The notes beneath the pieces were generated by a model. The model had not been told where the DNA came from. It saw nothing but the letters and a program-made list of their open reading frames with translations, and did no database searches. From Tubulanus polymorphus (taxonomy: Eukaryota > Animalia > Nemertea): a DNA stretch of 64,000 bases. This document shows positions 44,057 through 56,900 of this stretch, in pieces (positions within the stretch are counted from its first letter, which is position 1; every line of letters begins with the position of its first letter). The position numbers and the translations under genes are program-made. Location: NCBI RefSeq assembly GCF_964204645.1, contig NC_134031.1:20653910-20717909 (forward strand), given 5' to 3'.

Positions 44057-46398
44057 TGGTTTTATTATAATCTCAAAACCGATATAATGTTTTATCAACG
44101 GTGACCACCACACCCTTCATACCACCAAAACCATAAATCACCGTGGATGGAATATCGGTTGACTGTTAGAAAATGGACACCTGCCCACATCGCATAATGG
44201 TTCAACCGTTGAGAACCTGAGTCCTGGATGAACTGGTTTATACGTCCACGGTTCTACGGTTCGACGGTCGTTATCTGACATGCTGAATTGTTGATAACTT
44301 ATCCGAACATATCGACATTAATGATGAAACCCGACACTGAAACAGTCAAACACGCTGGAATTTGCTTACCTGAAAAAATACGTATCAATGATATTCGATA
44401 TACAACCGTATAGTACTATCCAACACAACGAACTCGTTCATCGATATCAGCTCCCGATAGATAGCATCATCCACAGAACAACCCGCCCCCGACATAACAC
44501 GCCTGCCTGTGTTCCCCATTAAACGCTTTAGATCGACCTTGACTGACGACGGACGTGCGATGCGCTCGCTGTCTCTCTCTCTCTACGACGCGCCGGAATA
44601 CAAAACAACACAAACAACTATAAATACGTGTATAATTTATAAAAATATTTATTTATACGTTTTCATATTTCTTCCGGCTATACGCGACGGATCGCTTTGA
44701 TTTAAACTGCAAGAATATCTCCGCGTGGAAATATAAATATTTCGAACATCAAATATGAAACGACGATGAAACACTAAACGCCACTGTTTTATGCCAAGAA
44801 ATAAAACCAGATTCAGAACTATTGTCGATATACTCGCTGTAACACGTTTCGATCTGGTTTCACTTTGATTTATAGAAAATATATATATTTTGAGTTTCAG
44901 CCTTTTTATTTTCAGTTTACACAGATGCGGTGCGGTTAAAATGTTCCATAGTAAACATAACATAGCATAACATTTTCCTTGACAGTTGCACCAATAACTT
45001 AACAAGGAACAACATTGCATAAAACTATGGCAAGTAACACGCAGTTCCTGACAAATAATCTTGAAAAAGAAGCGAATTGCCATGAATCTAAATTCATTCT
45101 TGTGTTGCCAACATGATATTGCAATGTATCTTTGTCCCGTGGTAGAAAATTGGGGACGTGCTGGTAAAGGCTACTGTAAAGGCATTGACTATAAACGTAT
45201 AATTCCTATATAATATATGCTCGATGTAAAATGTATATCCTAAATTCTTCGACGATATCGATTCCAAGCTACCTCGTAATTACAGATTCTTACTCGTTGA
45301 TTATATGAACAGATTTAAAGATATTTCTATATGAAACAAAAAAGGATATACATTCAACTGAGTCAATCAGTCATCGATGTCTCTAGGTTTGATTCCCAAT
45401 GATGGGAATCAAAATCAATCGTTCATTAAGCAATAAAGCACATTTTTACAAATTCTAGCAACGATTTGCAGCAGCGTTGCGGATTCAACGTTGGCTTAAA
45501 CGTTGCGTATTATCGAATATAGCGGTAACGTAAGTATAGCATCAATTGTTGATTAACAAACAAAACACGTGTTACTCGTAAAAACCACCGATAAGCTTTA
45601 ATCGCGTATCAATAATTAATTGCAGGCAGAAAATATTCGAAATATTGCCTTCGGAAAATAACATTCATTTATTACTGTGATTATATAAAGTCGACAGAAC
45701 CACGAAACTAAGCAACACCTGTTATCCATTAATGTTCCCGCACACACGGGAGGGAACTCCGATCAAATAGCAACTTATTCAAACGAGCAAATAATGCAAA
45801 ACGCTAAAAAATTATATTTACATTATTGCACCCCGATGGCGACCATTTTAATAAATGAACACCATTGAAATGATTTTAACAATTTGAATGATGCTTTGTG
45901 TCCGCAAAATTGGAAATCTAAAATACGTTAGATTTCAATTATCGAAAATTTGAAATCTCGGCGAATTTCATATGAATGCATTGTTAAAATCGATCGTCAT
46001 TTTTCATTCACTTCCGTTTTTGGTGGAACGGAAATAATATGTCCATGAAAAAAAAATATATAAAACTAGAAATCCACTACGTAGCTTGATCCCTAGACTC
46101 CTATATCCTAATCGGTTTGAAATTCAGATAATTTTCTTCAAGGACAGAACAAGCGCTTCGATTTGCGACCGGTTTAATTAGTTAGAGACAAAATTCTGCG
46201 ATACGAACAATAATTTAGATAAATGAAAATTTTGTTTTCTGTTGGTTGTCTGAATGAGAAACAAAGAAATTCATCATTGACAAGATTTCACATTTTATCC
46301 CCAGTTCTAAAGTGACTTTTAAGATCAATAAATATTTGTCAATGAACGTAGAGAAAGTTCAATTACCGAAATACATAGAGCGATTAATGATCACTTAC

Positions 46399-46700
46399 CT
46401 GTATATTGGGCGGATGTTATGACGTCGGACGATGGCGATGGTTCACATACGATTGTGGTATCTTTTATTGTCTGAGGAGCAATAGGGAATTAAATCCTTT
46501 TTTGTCGCATAGATTTCCATGGCAACCGAACTGTAAAGGAAAAAACGGCGCGCACCACACGTTTGTGAAATCGAGATAATTCGGCTGATTTTTGTGCGGT
46601 GACGGGAAACACCCTCGTGGGTTGCGATTAGCGATACACCAGAAAGTCGAGGTGCTGTCAGTAGTTAATTCGAGCAATCATAGTGCAATCTACCGCGCGC
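46399..46700 (-). other. Probable 5'-UTR exon of the membrane-protein gene (upstream limit uncertain)
   Basis: Perfect donor ACAG|GTAAGT at 46399/46398. The next good acceptor, gtttcag|, lies at 39274/39273, 25 nt before the ATG. An in-frame TGA in this exon supports 39248 as the start. Confidence 0.5.
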
Positions 46701-46899
46701 GCGAGCAAGTTTGGTAAAAACTCTCTATACCGCAGCATATCGATGGCCAACCGACGTGCCGTATCACCCCGTGTTTCAGTATACGCGGCCGGCTTTGATA
46801 AGGGAGGATAAATAAAGTTAAGTGTTCTTTAAATAAAATAACGCAGTTGCTTGCTCTGTTTACGACACGGCGTAATTTTTCCAACGGAACGGAAAACTG

Positions 46900-47460
46900 A
46901 TGCAAGAGGTCGTTTTACTTTCTCTTCGCTTTTAGCTTCGATAACTCTCAGCTTGGTCTGGATATACAGGTCACAGTGTGAGTTGATCAACAGGTCCATG
47001 ATCTAGGACCGCGGACAGCACGGCCTTGGGAGGATTAGGTACGGGAGACTCTTCCATATAGTGTGGTCGTGCTACTACTACCACGCGTTAAAACGATATC
47101 AGCTTCAACCCGAGCTAAAACTACAATACACTTTCGCATTATCATGATTATTTACACGTGGAAAACGACCAAAAATCAAACCCGTCGCGGCAAATGTGCC
47201 GTGGTTTGTAAATCGCAAAAATCGGGATCGTAACATAGAAGGTTAAGATTATTTTCTTTAATGGTTGAGAACGAAATCCTTTTAAGCCAAAATTAAGTGA
47301 AAGTGTAACTCACTCTAACCGCATCGATTCGAGTCGTTGAGGAAACCTTTCACTGAACAGGTCTGAAACATCAAAACTACCGCTATTCTAACTTCGGCAA
47401 GCGAATGTGTACCGGATTGTGTCGCCATCTGGAGGCCTAAGGAAAGCGCGAAAATGGCGA
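46900..47460. promoter_or_regulatory. Probable bidirectional promoter region between the membrane-protein gene (-) and ING4/5 (+)
   Basis: Head-to-head 5' ends within ~1 kb; CpG-rich. CTCF-like site CCTCCAGATGGCGA on the minus strand at 47422-47435. YY1-like AAAATGGCG overlaps the ING start codon (47451-47459). Confidence 0.5.
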
Positions 47461-50400
47461 CCGCTATGTATCTAGAGCATTATCTCGATAGTAAGTCGAA
47501 TTTAACGCCGATTGAGAAATTAACGGCCTAATCCCTGACAGATCATTCAAGGATTCAGTTCCTGTTGTCGTAAAAAGCAAGAAAAATGAGGATTTACAAT
47601 AGATTTTTACCGTAAAACAAAAAAAAAACTGACGGAAAATCATTGAGCGCCAACCCGGAAGTAAACAAAACAAACATGAATCCCATTCCACTCAAAAGCG
47701 TTTCGATGAAAATGATGTCGGAAACCATAAGGGATCATTTGATATAATAATTACCCATTTTCGTAGATGGGTTCAAGGTGGTGACACTGACAGTACACAC
47801 TCAGACAGAGCCCGGCCGTGGGTCAGTCAGAGAGAGTCTGAATAGAGGTCTGAGGTGATCTTCAGCTGATGGTCATCCTTGCTTGCCAGGGTTTGATTGT
47901 CTTTGGCTAAGTAACTGAGGATTACCAGGCTCTTGTCATGTTCTTAACATGTTGTTCATGGATACATCCTACAATTCATGACAATGCTCTCTCTCTCTGT
48001 TCTCTCTTATCTGCTGAAAGTATAAAAACACCTGTGGCTCGCAGGCTTTTAACCACTGATGTTTATATACTCTTACAACGTAAAATAGCACGATATTAGA
48101 TTGTCTTGGTTGGACCAAATTTGACCTCGAGTCTTGTGGGAAAATCTGGCACAGTCATTTATTTGATTGTGGAACTTTTTTCAGACTTCATATGATCAAT
48201 CTTTAATCGTTGTGACTTTTTTTCTAGGTCTAGAAAGTTTGCCAGTAGAATTGCAGAGGAATTTCAATCTGATGAGAGATCTCGACTCGCGATCACAAGG
48301 TGAATATAACCGGTTCAAACAACCCCATACCTCTGTTCAGCTGTTTTACTAGAGGGGGTTCATTGCAGGCCTTCATTGCATTGACTTGTGAAAATCTTTT
48401 CCGAGAAAATGAAGACTATTGAAACTTGGAGAAGTGGCCAAATTACAGCTGGTTCATTGACAGAGGAAATTTGAATGTAAAGATGAGGTGCACTTTCAGC
48501 CCACTGAAGGCTTGAGTCCCAGGGCACTATTGCGGTCACTTTTTGTGGGGAGTCCGCTATTCCATAGATCCTGTTATTTTGGGAAGTTTTGGAGACGCTT
48601 CAAATGGATTGTTTTGATGTTAAGTTTATCAAGTGTCAGCCTAGACACATTTGCAGCCTAAAAACTGGCGTGATGAGATTAAAGAGAGCCAACTAGTGGT
48701 CATTGTTGTCTGGCGAAATCAGCACTTGTACAAATAGCAAAGTGCAATGTTTTTATGATGTTATGTATGATATTGTTGCAGATGTTCTGAAGAATATCGA
48801 TGAATTATGCGATGATTATTTGATGAATGTAAAATCGATGGAACCAGAGAAGAGAGCGTCGCGACTGACCGACATCAGCGAAATGTTCAATAAAAGTCGT
48901 GACTATGGAGATGATAAAGTACAGCTGGCAATGCAGACTTATGAAATGGTACATATTATAATTCTTATAAAGGAACTGCCACATGTTCCGCACTAGGAAA
49001 CGAAAGTTGTCCGCATTCAATTTCTTCTGCGTTTTAGTTACTGTAGAATTGTTTGAACGTTTAGAAAAACATTCTACACAAATGCCTTGTAGAAAAGTCA
49101 ATTGTATATTATGAAATGGTTTTAAGATTGGAAAGCCTTGAATTCCTGTCGAGAATCGCCTATTTTTGACCAAGTTAAACCAATCGTACTGTAGCGCTAT
49201 GCTAGTACTAATTAAATTAAACTTTGTATTTTTCTGCTTGATTAATTAAGGTCGATAAACACATACGAAAATTAGACGCCGATTTGGCTCGATTTGAGGC
49301 GGAATTAAAGGAGAAAGCGGTCGGTGCTAAATCTGGTGGACAAGAAACAGGCAGTAAAAGTAAGTAACATCAACAACTCTATTTGATTATCCATCAACCT
49401 TGTCGTTCGACAAACATTTTGATTAAACAATTTTTCAACTTTTCTTTCGATAGAGGGCAGGGCAAAATCGGACAAGAAAAAAAAGAAGAAAGACGATTTC
49501 GATGATGAAATACCGAAGAAAAAGAAAAAGAAGAACCAAATCAGGTATTCTTTAAATATTGGACAGTTCGTTCTAGCAAGGAAAAATCCTTAACGCCAGA
49601 CAATATTGGTTCCCTGAAAATTTCTAATGAATATTTATGAAGAAAATTCAAACTTGTCCATTATTTCCGCTTGCTTTTATGGTAATTAATGCTATATTTA
49701 TCCCCCGTCAAACCTACTTAATGGGGATGTTATTTACAATCCACCTTAAGAAAATAGAATATGATGTTTACTGTGTATTACTCAATATTTTTATGATCAT
49801 GGATTCGAGATGAGGGGAAGATAAATGAATGGTTTGTTCCTGCATTTTGATATTACTTGAGATGAATTTGTATTCATTAATAATAAATAGAATTATTAAT
49901 GAATATTTCAAATTTTATTTCAAAGTCTTAACATGAGTTGAGAGAAAAGGGCACAGGGGTATGGTTGTAGTGATAATGATAGTATTTTGCTCTGTATTTC
50001 TAGCGCTACTGATATACCAGTGACACCGACTGTACCTGCATTACCTCTATCTATCGCTCATCCGTCTGATGTATTAGACATGCCTGTCGATCCGAATGAA
50101 CCGACGTACTGTTTGTGTCATCAAGTCTCATACGGAGAGATGATTGGCTGTGATAACGCCGATGTAAGTACCCCCTTCAGATAACACCACACAATTGTTA
50201 ATGGAATAAAGAATTGTGATCAGTGTCAACTATGATGAATTTAAGTCTCACACTAGAATATTAGGCCATAAAATTTCAAAGATTACTGCAAAGTTTTGGC
50301 TAATACCAGAAATACCAGAAAAGGAAGGACAAAGTCCTCTTAGTCTTTAGACATTCTAGCATGGGACTTCGCATCTTTTTACCAATGTGAAGTTTTGAAA

Positions 50401-50761
50401 ATGTGGTGATAAAATGACTAATGTCTGATGTAGTAGTCAATCAAAATGTCGTGAGTAAACATCTTGTTACTTGTGACATTTTGATTGGAAGTTGATGTAA
50501 GGTTGGTGTTTGATAATATTGGATCAGAGGTGATAAAAGTGTGTCAAATATGTAAGGGGCTGGCAGCGGGTTGACACCCTCCAACCAGACCAAGAATAGA
50601 TACTGCTGTTGTGCTTTCTTTTATAGATGTGTTTACAGTTTACGTATGATTTATTTCAGTGTCCTATCGAATGGTTTCATTTTGCATGCGTTGGACTTAC
50701 GATCAAACCGAAAGGAAAGTGGTATTGTCCGAAATGTACGGTCGAACGAAAAAAGAAGTAG
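47454..50761 (+). CDS. ING5: Inhibitor of growth protein 4/5 (ING N-terminal domain, Lys-rich NLS, PHD finger), 245 aa; exons 47454-47490, 48228-48299, 48782-48948, 49251-49359, 49454-49544, 50004-50163, 50660-50761
   Basis: Spliced translation: [34 protein letters not shown]...[33 protein letters not shown]...[68 protein letters not shown]. These are hallmark ING4/ING5 motifs. All introns are GT-AG and in phase. Invertebrates typically carry one ING4/5 co-orthologue, and this N-terminus matches ING5. Confidence 0.96.
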
Positions 50762-51631
50762 TAAGGGACTGGGGAGTCGCGGGTATTATTGTGTAGACGG
50801 GAAACCTCTATTAATTTGTCGTAATAACGGACATTATTGCTTTGGAACTGATTAATGAAAACAATGAGCGTTACATTCAAAGTCTGATGTCGAGGCCAAG
50901 AGAAACACAGAGCGTCGTTACAGAATAATTGAGTTAGATTTGGTAGAAATGTTGGCGTTAAGTGAGCCCTGGTGTTATCGTGATCGGTAAATGGAATAGT
51001 GTTGGATGGACTTAATCGGTAATTTACTCAATGACCTCGCTGAAGTCGTCTTATATGTGGATGACACTTATGTAGTTATTCGAATTGTAAAATTATAAAA
51101 TTTGAGCTGTAAATAGAGACCACTTGATTAAATGGGATGCTTTATCGGAGTTTGACTGTAAATTTAAATTCAACAAAATCGTGGATTTATGCATCGATGT
51201 GGAACTGGTGGTTCCACATGTTGTGAGATGAATTTGTGGAATTAATTGATTTCAATATAATGTTTCATCGTGGAGTCAAAAACAACTATGAAATTGGGTA
51301 ACATATTTAAATTGGTAGAGAATGATTAACTTATACCTATTTATTATCAATAATCATTAATTAAGTTAAGGTATCTACATGTAATAATCTTGATATTAAG
51401 TATTTCGTTGTGTCCCCGTTCCCAATGAGATTGGATGTGTATAGTCTGTTGAAAGCGTGAGTTGATTACAGTAGTAAGTGTAATTAATGCATTTTGTGTA
51501 AATATAATACATTTATCAGTCAGTGATGAAAGTTGTTTGTGATAGTTCAAGGCCAAGAGCGGTATTTAAAAGTTGACTATCAATCTGAAGCCTTGAACCG
51601 CCCCTTCAGACAGACGGATTGGACATCATTT

Positions 51632-51765
51632 TACAGTGGAACCTCGTTACAGCAGCTTCAGGGGACCAGGATCTGTTTGTTATAACCACTATATCTTAGA
51701 AGATGACATTCTAGATATGTAATAGTCGATAAATCATAATCCATGATCATTATAACGAGGTTCCA
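51632..51765. mobile_element. Tc1/mariner-pogo type MITE remnant in the putative ING 3'UTR
   Basis: TA|CAGTGGAACCTCGTTA ... TAACGAGGTTCCA; the CAGT terminus follows a TA. Confidence 0.6.
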
Positions 51766-52307
51766 GAGCTTATTTTGAAAGCATTGGGAATTAATTATCT
51801 TCTAATAATGGTTTGGGTCATGTACATACGGTTAGCCTACTGTATAATGACCGTAGCTGATTTTTGAAGGCTCTAAATCATATCTATCCAGTCAACTGTT
51901 AATCTGTTAATATTTAAGTTCATCTTCAATTAAAATGATGTTCAGTAATCGGCCTGAAAGAAATAGGTCCCAGTGGGAAAATGAGTTTGTACTAAAATAG
52001 TTCTGGCTAGATTTGATTTGAACTCTTATCTGGTGTATATAGTTAACCCTTATTAAATTGTGTGTGTACGCCGTGGTGCACTGTATCTATATGATTGTTA
52101 ATTAAAAGATTGTCAAAGGTTGCAAATAGGGTACAATCAATGTAGTTATAGTGTTACGCTTGCAGACGTTGATCCAGGGAGTCTCTTGTAGTCCTTAAGG
52201 TTAATTATGTATTAGAATATTAACATGAGAAATGTCATTTGTTATAATGAATTTGTGTTAAATCTCATATCGTTGTGAGTTGCATCATGTAATGTTACTT
52301 GCATTGA

Positions 52308-52313
52308 AATAAA
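52308..52313 (+). terminator. Candidate polyadenylation signal of ING4/5 (implies ~1.55-kb 3'UTR)
   Basis: AATAAA followed by T/GT-rich sequence (ttattttt...gtttttgttgt). Confidence 0.45.
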
Positions 52314-52372
52314 TATTGTTAGATTATTTTATTTTCTAAATGAAATAGTTTTTGTTGTACCTTTTTGTGGAA

Positions 52373-52670
52373 GTACATCCTCCCTGGTAGGGATTCGAAC
52401 CTGATGGCATCGAGACTCGTTGCAGTATGAAACCCTGCCACACTGAACTGAGCATGCAGCTATATGTGCAGCTTACATGATCTCATATTAGTTTTGGGGT
52501 TAGGGTTAGCCAATCAGAAATCCTGTTTTCCCATTTATAATTCTTGCGTGAAATTTGCCTCTGATTGGTGCTGCCCGTTTCGCGTGGCAAAGCTGCGCAT
52601 GTACCTGTGCACATGGTCTAGAGAGCAGGGGTTCGTGCCATGGCTTAGTGTAGCGATGCCATTAGGATAC
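52373..52670. mobile_element. ~300-bp MITE family with B-box-containing TIRs, copy A
   Basis: Left end GTACATCCTCCCTGGTAGGGATTCGAACCTGATGGCATCG, right end CGATGCCATTAGG. The interior is homologous, in reverse orientation, to the copies at 54788 and 63644. Confidence 0.65.
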
Positions 52671-53973
52671 TGTGTTTCTTGTTGCCCTGACAAGGCAGTG
52701 TCATATTACATGTATGTGTATAAATCCCCTTTCTAATAATGACTGGGAGTTGGCGCTGAATATCAGTACAGTAACTGGACCAACCCTAACTAATGCACAG
52801 TATTGAAATCTTGTCTTGGATAATCAAATTTATTATTTTTCTTATTACAACAATACATTATAGCAACAATTTACTAAAAAAATACAACGATTGGTTCCAG
52901 CAGTTAAGTACTTCCACTTATAAACGATGCATAATTATCGTAAGTCGCAATCACACAAGCCTTTTTGACCAGGGTTAAATTAGGTCTAGGCCAAATAGTC
53001 TGTTTACATTAGCCACTTATTATTTGAGGATACCAGGTGATAAAATTAATCCAGATTATGCAGAAATATGAAAACGAGATTATGATAGAAAAAAGAAAAT
53101 TGGATTCTCGACCCAATGATTATAAGGAGATACTTAACAGTGTCCACTAGGGAGAGATCAACACCTACCATGTTTAAAATGTTAAGTCCCTATGTGCCTA
53201 CTTAAAACTCATAACAGGAATAAGATAAAACTATTAAAATGAATATATATATATATCTAAGTAAAACTATTCCAGTTTATCAAATGCTGATACAAGCAGA
53301 TATCCAGTGAGACAGAGATTTTGACATTGTAAGTAGAGAATAGACATTGTAAACTTCATTCTTGGTAAATATTTCTAAGTACAACACGCAAAGATAATAT
53401 CATATATAAGACAAGTACATGTATAAAATGAAAAACGTATAGCACAACTGAATTTCTAAAAGCAAAAAATTCTAATTCAGCACAATAGTTAACACATATG
53501 AGGTACAGGATCCAGCTCCACTGTTGTACATTTGATTCTAGAGTTAAAGAAAAGTCAAACCGAAACTGTGGAACTGGTTTGAGTTGATTTTTAGGTCAGT
53601 TTCTTAAGTCATGGGTCTAGTTAACTATCAGTAGTTATAATTGATAGTTTCACTAACTCAAAACTGTTACTATATAGATAACTTCAATGATGATAATAAT
53701 AAATCTATATCAGAAACGTTTTCTGTCAAACCAAGCGACCAGTTCCAAAGTGGTTCAAACGAACAGTTTGTTAAACTTAATCATTTCTAATGGTTTCTCT
53801 CGGCTGTGGTGGAACCATATCAAACAACTCTTATATCATTTATGCAATTTCTTGTAAGTCAGTCAAGTGTAAGTCATCAAACGTGCATGAGCATCGATCA
53901 ACTGTACTACCTACAAACAGATATTTATGTCAATGGGTTTAACAGCTGACAAATGAAAACCCTGCGAGAATAA

Positions 53974-56900
53974 TCAATATGTCACAAATATTTCACCCAT
54001 CTTTACCTGAACACGAGGTACAGTTATACAACCATCCACTGCATCTAGTCCAGTGTCTTCAGTTATTGTACAATCCGCGGTGACTCTTTGTAAGAACCGA
54101 ATCAATTCATCCATTGGTCCATCACTTTTCCACGACACATTGGTTAGGGAACTTACCTACAATTCATTGAACCATAAAAATATTTTGTGCAAAGAGATGT
54201 CTGGAGATAATTTTACCTGTTGCAATTGTCTGTGTGGTAGTATAGTCTAGGGGTTTGACCAGGGGTGATTGTTTAAGGAACCCTTCAATCTTTATCCATT
54301 TTCATTCTCACAATTTCTCACGATAGAGGATACATAAAAAATACCGTGACAGCATATAACTTGATATCGCTGCTTTGCAGCTATATTTATACGATTTATA
54401 TTTGAGTAAAACTTACTTACTTTGAATATAAATGCTATCAAAGCGCCTTGAAGATCATTTAAATCAGGAGTCAGATCAATATGCACACATTCAGATAGCA
54501 CTCGTGCTATACACAGAAACGCTAACAAAAATATTTCAACCTGAAAATATGAATAAGTGCATCGAGAAATGACTATAATTGTAGGATCAATGTGAATGAG
54601 TTTGGCAAACTGAATTGGCTGGCTGTAATGGCAGGTCTCTCCGAGGTTTCTTTTTCTCAATCAAAGCAAGAAAGGCCAGAAGAACCATCAAGATACTCTG
54701 GCACTGCAGCCAGGATTCAAACTCATGAATCTTGGATTGATAAAAAAGGATGGCTTAAACCACTTTGTTTCTCTTACTAAACAAGTCATCCTCTCCACAC
54801 GGCAGGGATTTAAACCTGATGGCATTGCTAGACTCAGCCACAACACGAAACCTAGGCACACTACCGCGCAGGTTTGCCTAGCGGCACCAATCAGTTTGCC
54901 CGTTGTATAATCACCGAAGCAATTTCACCAATAAACTACGAATGGAAAAACCTGGGCTAAAATGAAACGTATTTTTTGATTGGCTTAATGAAATGATCTA
55001 AGCTGCAGATCTGTGCAGACGAGCTAATCACGCAGGTTTCATACCGTGGTAGTCATGATGCGCCATCAGGTTCAAATCTCTGCCGGGGAAGGGTACACAA
55101 TGTACACCGCTCATAAATGACTACCTTAAATAATAAAGTTTCCGCTGACGATTCATCTGCGTAAATCAATTGACAAATCGATCGTATTTCATTCATTACG
55201 ATCGTCGTAAAGAAATTCTGATCTTCGACATTTTTCGTAAGAATTCCACCGTTCCATAGTACGTTTAATGAATCGGCTGAAGACCAAACCCAAGCGACTG
55301 CGGATAACGGTATCTTTGACGCGATGAACCAATTGTCTTCATCTCGTCCTAAATGACGCCAGATATATTTTCGAATGAAAAGCAGATGATCCTAAAAAAG
55401 ATATCGACCTTGATTTTGTCATCTAATAACATGTTGTATGACTTAACCCTTTCCCACCATAAACAGTAGTTCCTCCCATATAGAAAACCACTGTTTCCAA
55501 TTGTATAGAAAACTATAAGGATGCTGCCCTCTGAGAACTAATTATTATAGAAAATACCCGTACGTGGTATTTCATGAAGGGTGACACAAAACTGCTAAAT
55601 ACAGCCTTATAGTCGTACAGAAAAACCTAGCTCAGAAAGGATAGAGTATGGGTCAAGGTGACATCAAGTGGAATATCATATTTCTCAAATTTCTGCATAA
55701 CTTACAATTGACACAGCACCATCGACGTCATCCAATTCATGGACCTCTTTCGCAGAGATGTTAGACAAGGCTTCGGGCGTCATTAAACAATCTACTTCTA
55801 AAAATGGACTAAAATAAAATCAACATTTTACTTACTCCGGACAATCTCTCAATGTAGCTGTCAATCTGTCTGTACCTATCTTCTCAGATAATCTGAAGAC
55901 ATTCACTATCAGGTGACCAAGTACAGTTCGAGTATGCATTAGTTACGCAATCAGTAACCTGTCTGTGGTTTAAATGAATTCTTCATAATTCATGAATTAG
56001 TAAGATTACTAATCCCAAAAACACAGCGTGACCACCGTGCCACCAGTGACAAAAATTACCTACAGGCTCTTAGCTAGAAGGTCAATGCTAGTTATGAAAA
56101 TTGGGAAAGGTAGGTAATTAATGGTAGTAAATATCCTGTATCCTTCATATTGTATAAATCCTGTGAGTGTCTAAACTTGTGGAATAAAGTGAATTTGACT
56201 GTGAATAGATTGGCACAGCAACAAGAAACTTGAAGCAGATTCTCGAGAATGGTGAAAAAGTTAAACATGGCAGTACATTCAGCAGGACGAAATTTACGAT
56301 GTAAATCAAGAGAAAAAATAATAATCAAAGGAATAGGTTTTTCTACAATGTAGCAGAAAACCCGAATCAAAGATACGATATATTTACCTTTGTAGTTTAT
56401 TCATAGCTTTGAATAAAGGATGACAATATTCTAAAAGGAGCTGAAGTGGAAATGCTCCCTGATTTTCATCACGTTTCGTAAAATACTTCGTTAAGAAATA
56501 CGTAAATATGCCATGACCGAGTTCTCTATACGATAATGACCTCTGCATCGGCAAACACGAAGACAACACAAACACGGACGTCTTCAATTTGGACTCGCTC
56601 AGAAATTCCCGACCGAGTTTTCCGGAATAACAGCAATCGAGGATAATAATCACTGCTTTCGCGTTCGTTTTACGAAGACACTTTCGTAAGTCCACCGACG
56701 AGATGGCTGAATTTTTCGTACCGTCGAAGTCAGATGGAATTAAGTATGGTCTCGATGAAGTTTCACGTAGATTGTACCAATTATGTCCGGAAAACGTGAA
56801 AATAAGCACTCCACTTTTGGTAGCTTTTCGGGCAAAGTTCTCCAGACTTTCTAGAATGTTTGTTTTGTCGGGTGCATCAGTTGAACCGTCACAAATAAAT

